35,367 nt of DNA from Romboutsia sp. GTDB taxonomy: Bacteria > Bacillota > Clostridia > Peptostreptococcales > Peptostreptococcaceae. The stretch lies in assembly GCA_017889265.1 (NCBI GenBank), contig JAGHEK010000013.1, forward strand, positions 1-35,367, read 5' to 3'. This document shows positions 34,646 through 35,367 of the stretch, one piece after another; position 1 is the first letter of the stretch; each line of letters opens with the position of its first letter. Made by a program: the position numbers and the translations under genes. Below the pieces are notes generated by a model. The model was not told the DNA's origin. It did not search any database and saw only the letters and a list, made by a program, of their open reading frames with translations.

Positions 34646-35307
34646 CCTTTTAGTATTTCTTCTAAATTAATAAATATATCTAATTCTAGAACATCTTCCT
34701 TTATTAAGATATCATTTAAACTGAATTTTTTAAAATTATCTTTATAAATAATTATATTACCTTTATCTATACTTATATTTAAATTTTTATTACTCGAGAA
34801 TATATCTTTGCAAAAAGTAGTCAATCCAAAATCTACAATCCAATCAGATATATTTATATCTAAAAATTTTAAGTCTTTTATGTTTAAAATTAAGTTTTTC
34901 GCCTCATCTAAACCAATATATAATTTAGCTTTAATAGGTGTTATCATACCATTTAAGTTATATTTAGTAAAAATATCTAAATATCCATCTTTAGTAATTA
35001 TATTTATTTCAGAAAAATTTTTATTACCTTCTAAAAAATATTCCACACCTTTTACAACAGTTTCTTTTGGAGCCTCTATAAATGCTTTTATTCCTACAGG
35101 TTCATTTTCAAGTATAGCACTTTTTATCTCTAAACCATCTATTTTTCTTAATAATTCTAATACTTTATTATATTTATCATCATTATTTTGTTTTATTTCT
35201 TGATTGTTATCATTAGGTTTATTTGATATATTATTTATATTTTTTACTCCAAAGTACACAAAAGAAGTAATTATAATCATAATAAATAGCATTACTATTT
35301 TTTTCAT
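34642..35307 (-). CDS. Hypothetical membrane-anchored protein (single N-terminal TM helix)
   Basis: 221 aa. N-terminus MKKIVMLFIMIIITSFVYFGV, then an Asn/Asp/Lys-rich linker and a soluble domain. RBS AAAGGTGG upstream. No family recognised. Confidence 0.5.
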   Translation of the reverse strand: MKKIVMLFIMIIITSFVYFGVKNINNISNKPNDNNQEIKQNNDDKYNKVLELLRKIDGLEIKSAILENEPVGIKAFIEAPKETVVKGVEYFLEGNKNFSEINIITKDGYLDIFTKYNLNGMITPIKAKLYIGLDEAKNLILNIKDLKFLDINISDWIVDFGLTTFCKDIFSSNKNLNISIDKGNIIIYKDNFKKFSLNDILIKEDVLELDIFINLEEILKG

Positions 35308-35367
35308 ATAAAACCACCTTTCTTTTTAATATATATTATATACTATTCAAGTACATAATTCCTATTA

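Noticed and set aside
328-35203. All plus-strand ORFs of 61-131 aa in the track other than 26240..27037 (e.g. 328..537, 691..993, 3225..3467, 6288..6602, 8414..8704, 23923..24213, 31129..31458, 32808..33188, 34808..35203).
   Set aside because: Each lies antisense inside a long, motif-supported minus-strand gene. Their composition is low-complexity and rich in F, I, L and S, as expected from reading AT-rich coding DNA backwards. They lack convincing RBSs and family motifs. The minus-strand ORF 26272..26496 is likewise antisense to the NlpC/P60 gene.

Overview
Very AT-rich segment that looks like a Clostridia-class (low-GC Firmicute) chromosome. Every convincing gene except one is on the minus strand. 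I saw no rRNA, tRNA, CRISPR array, transposase or integrase.

In the direction of transcription (right to left) the window holds:
(1) Two small, translationally coupled hypothetical genes.
(2) A Bacillus-type chemotaxis operon: mcp-cheA-cheB-cheC-cheD-cheW-cheR-cheY.
(3) One plus-strand NlpC/P60 peptidase gene, then cheV.
(4) The late flagellar operon: a DUF327/YaaR-like gene, a FliN-like gene, flgN-flgK-flgL-fliW-csrA-fliS-fliD and a FliT-like ORF.
(5) A monocistronic flagellin gene with its own promoter, a CsrA-type leader and a terminator.
(6) A flagellin-modification island of about 17 kb.

The island contains a pseudaminic-acid operon (pseB, pseC, a cytidylyltransferase, a formyltransferase, pseG, pseI) and a FliB-type flagellin lysine-N-methylase. 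Two diverged direct copies of a three-gene module bracket these genes. Each module encodes a TPR protein, a GT-A-like protein with degenerate catalytic motifs, and a 368/369-aa protein with an RPHP motif. At the left edge are a LegB-like dehydratase and an aminotransferase ORF that stops just before its PLP-lysine motif.

The best candidate for something undescribed is the duplicated three-gene module. It sits where a flagellin nonulosonic-acid transferase is expected, and I could not recognise a Maf (DUF115) protein anywhere in the window. Other points of interest:
- A formyltransferase occupies the slot where the PseH acetyltransferase is expected.
- A TAA(A/G)-N15/16-xCGTAT promoter-like motif recurs in front of six flagellar, chemotaxis or glycosylation units.
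- FlgM is absent from the late flagellar operon.

All functional calls come from reading the translated ORFs for family-signature motifs by eye. No database search was run.
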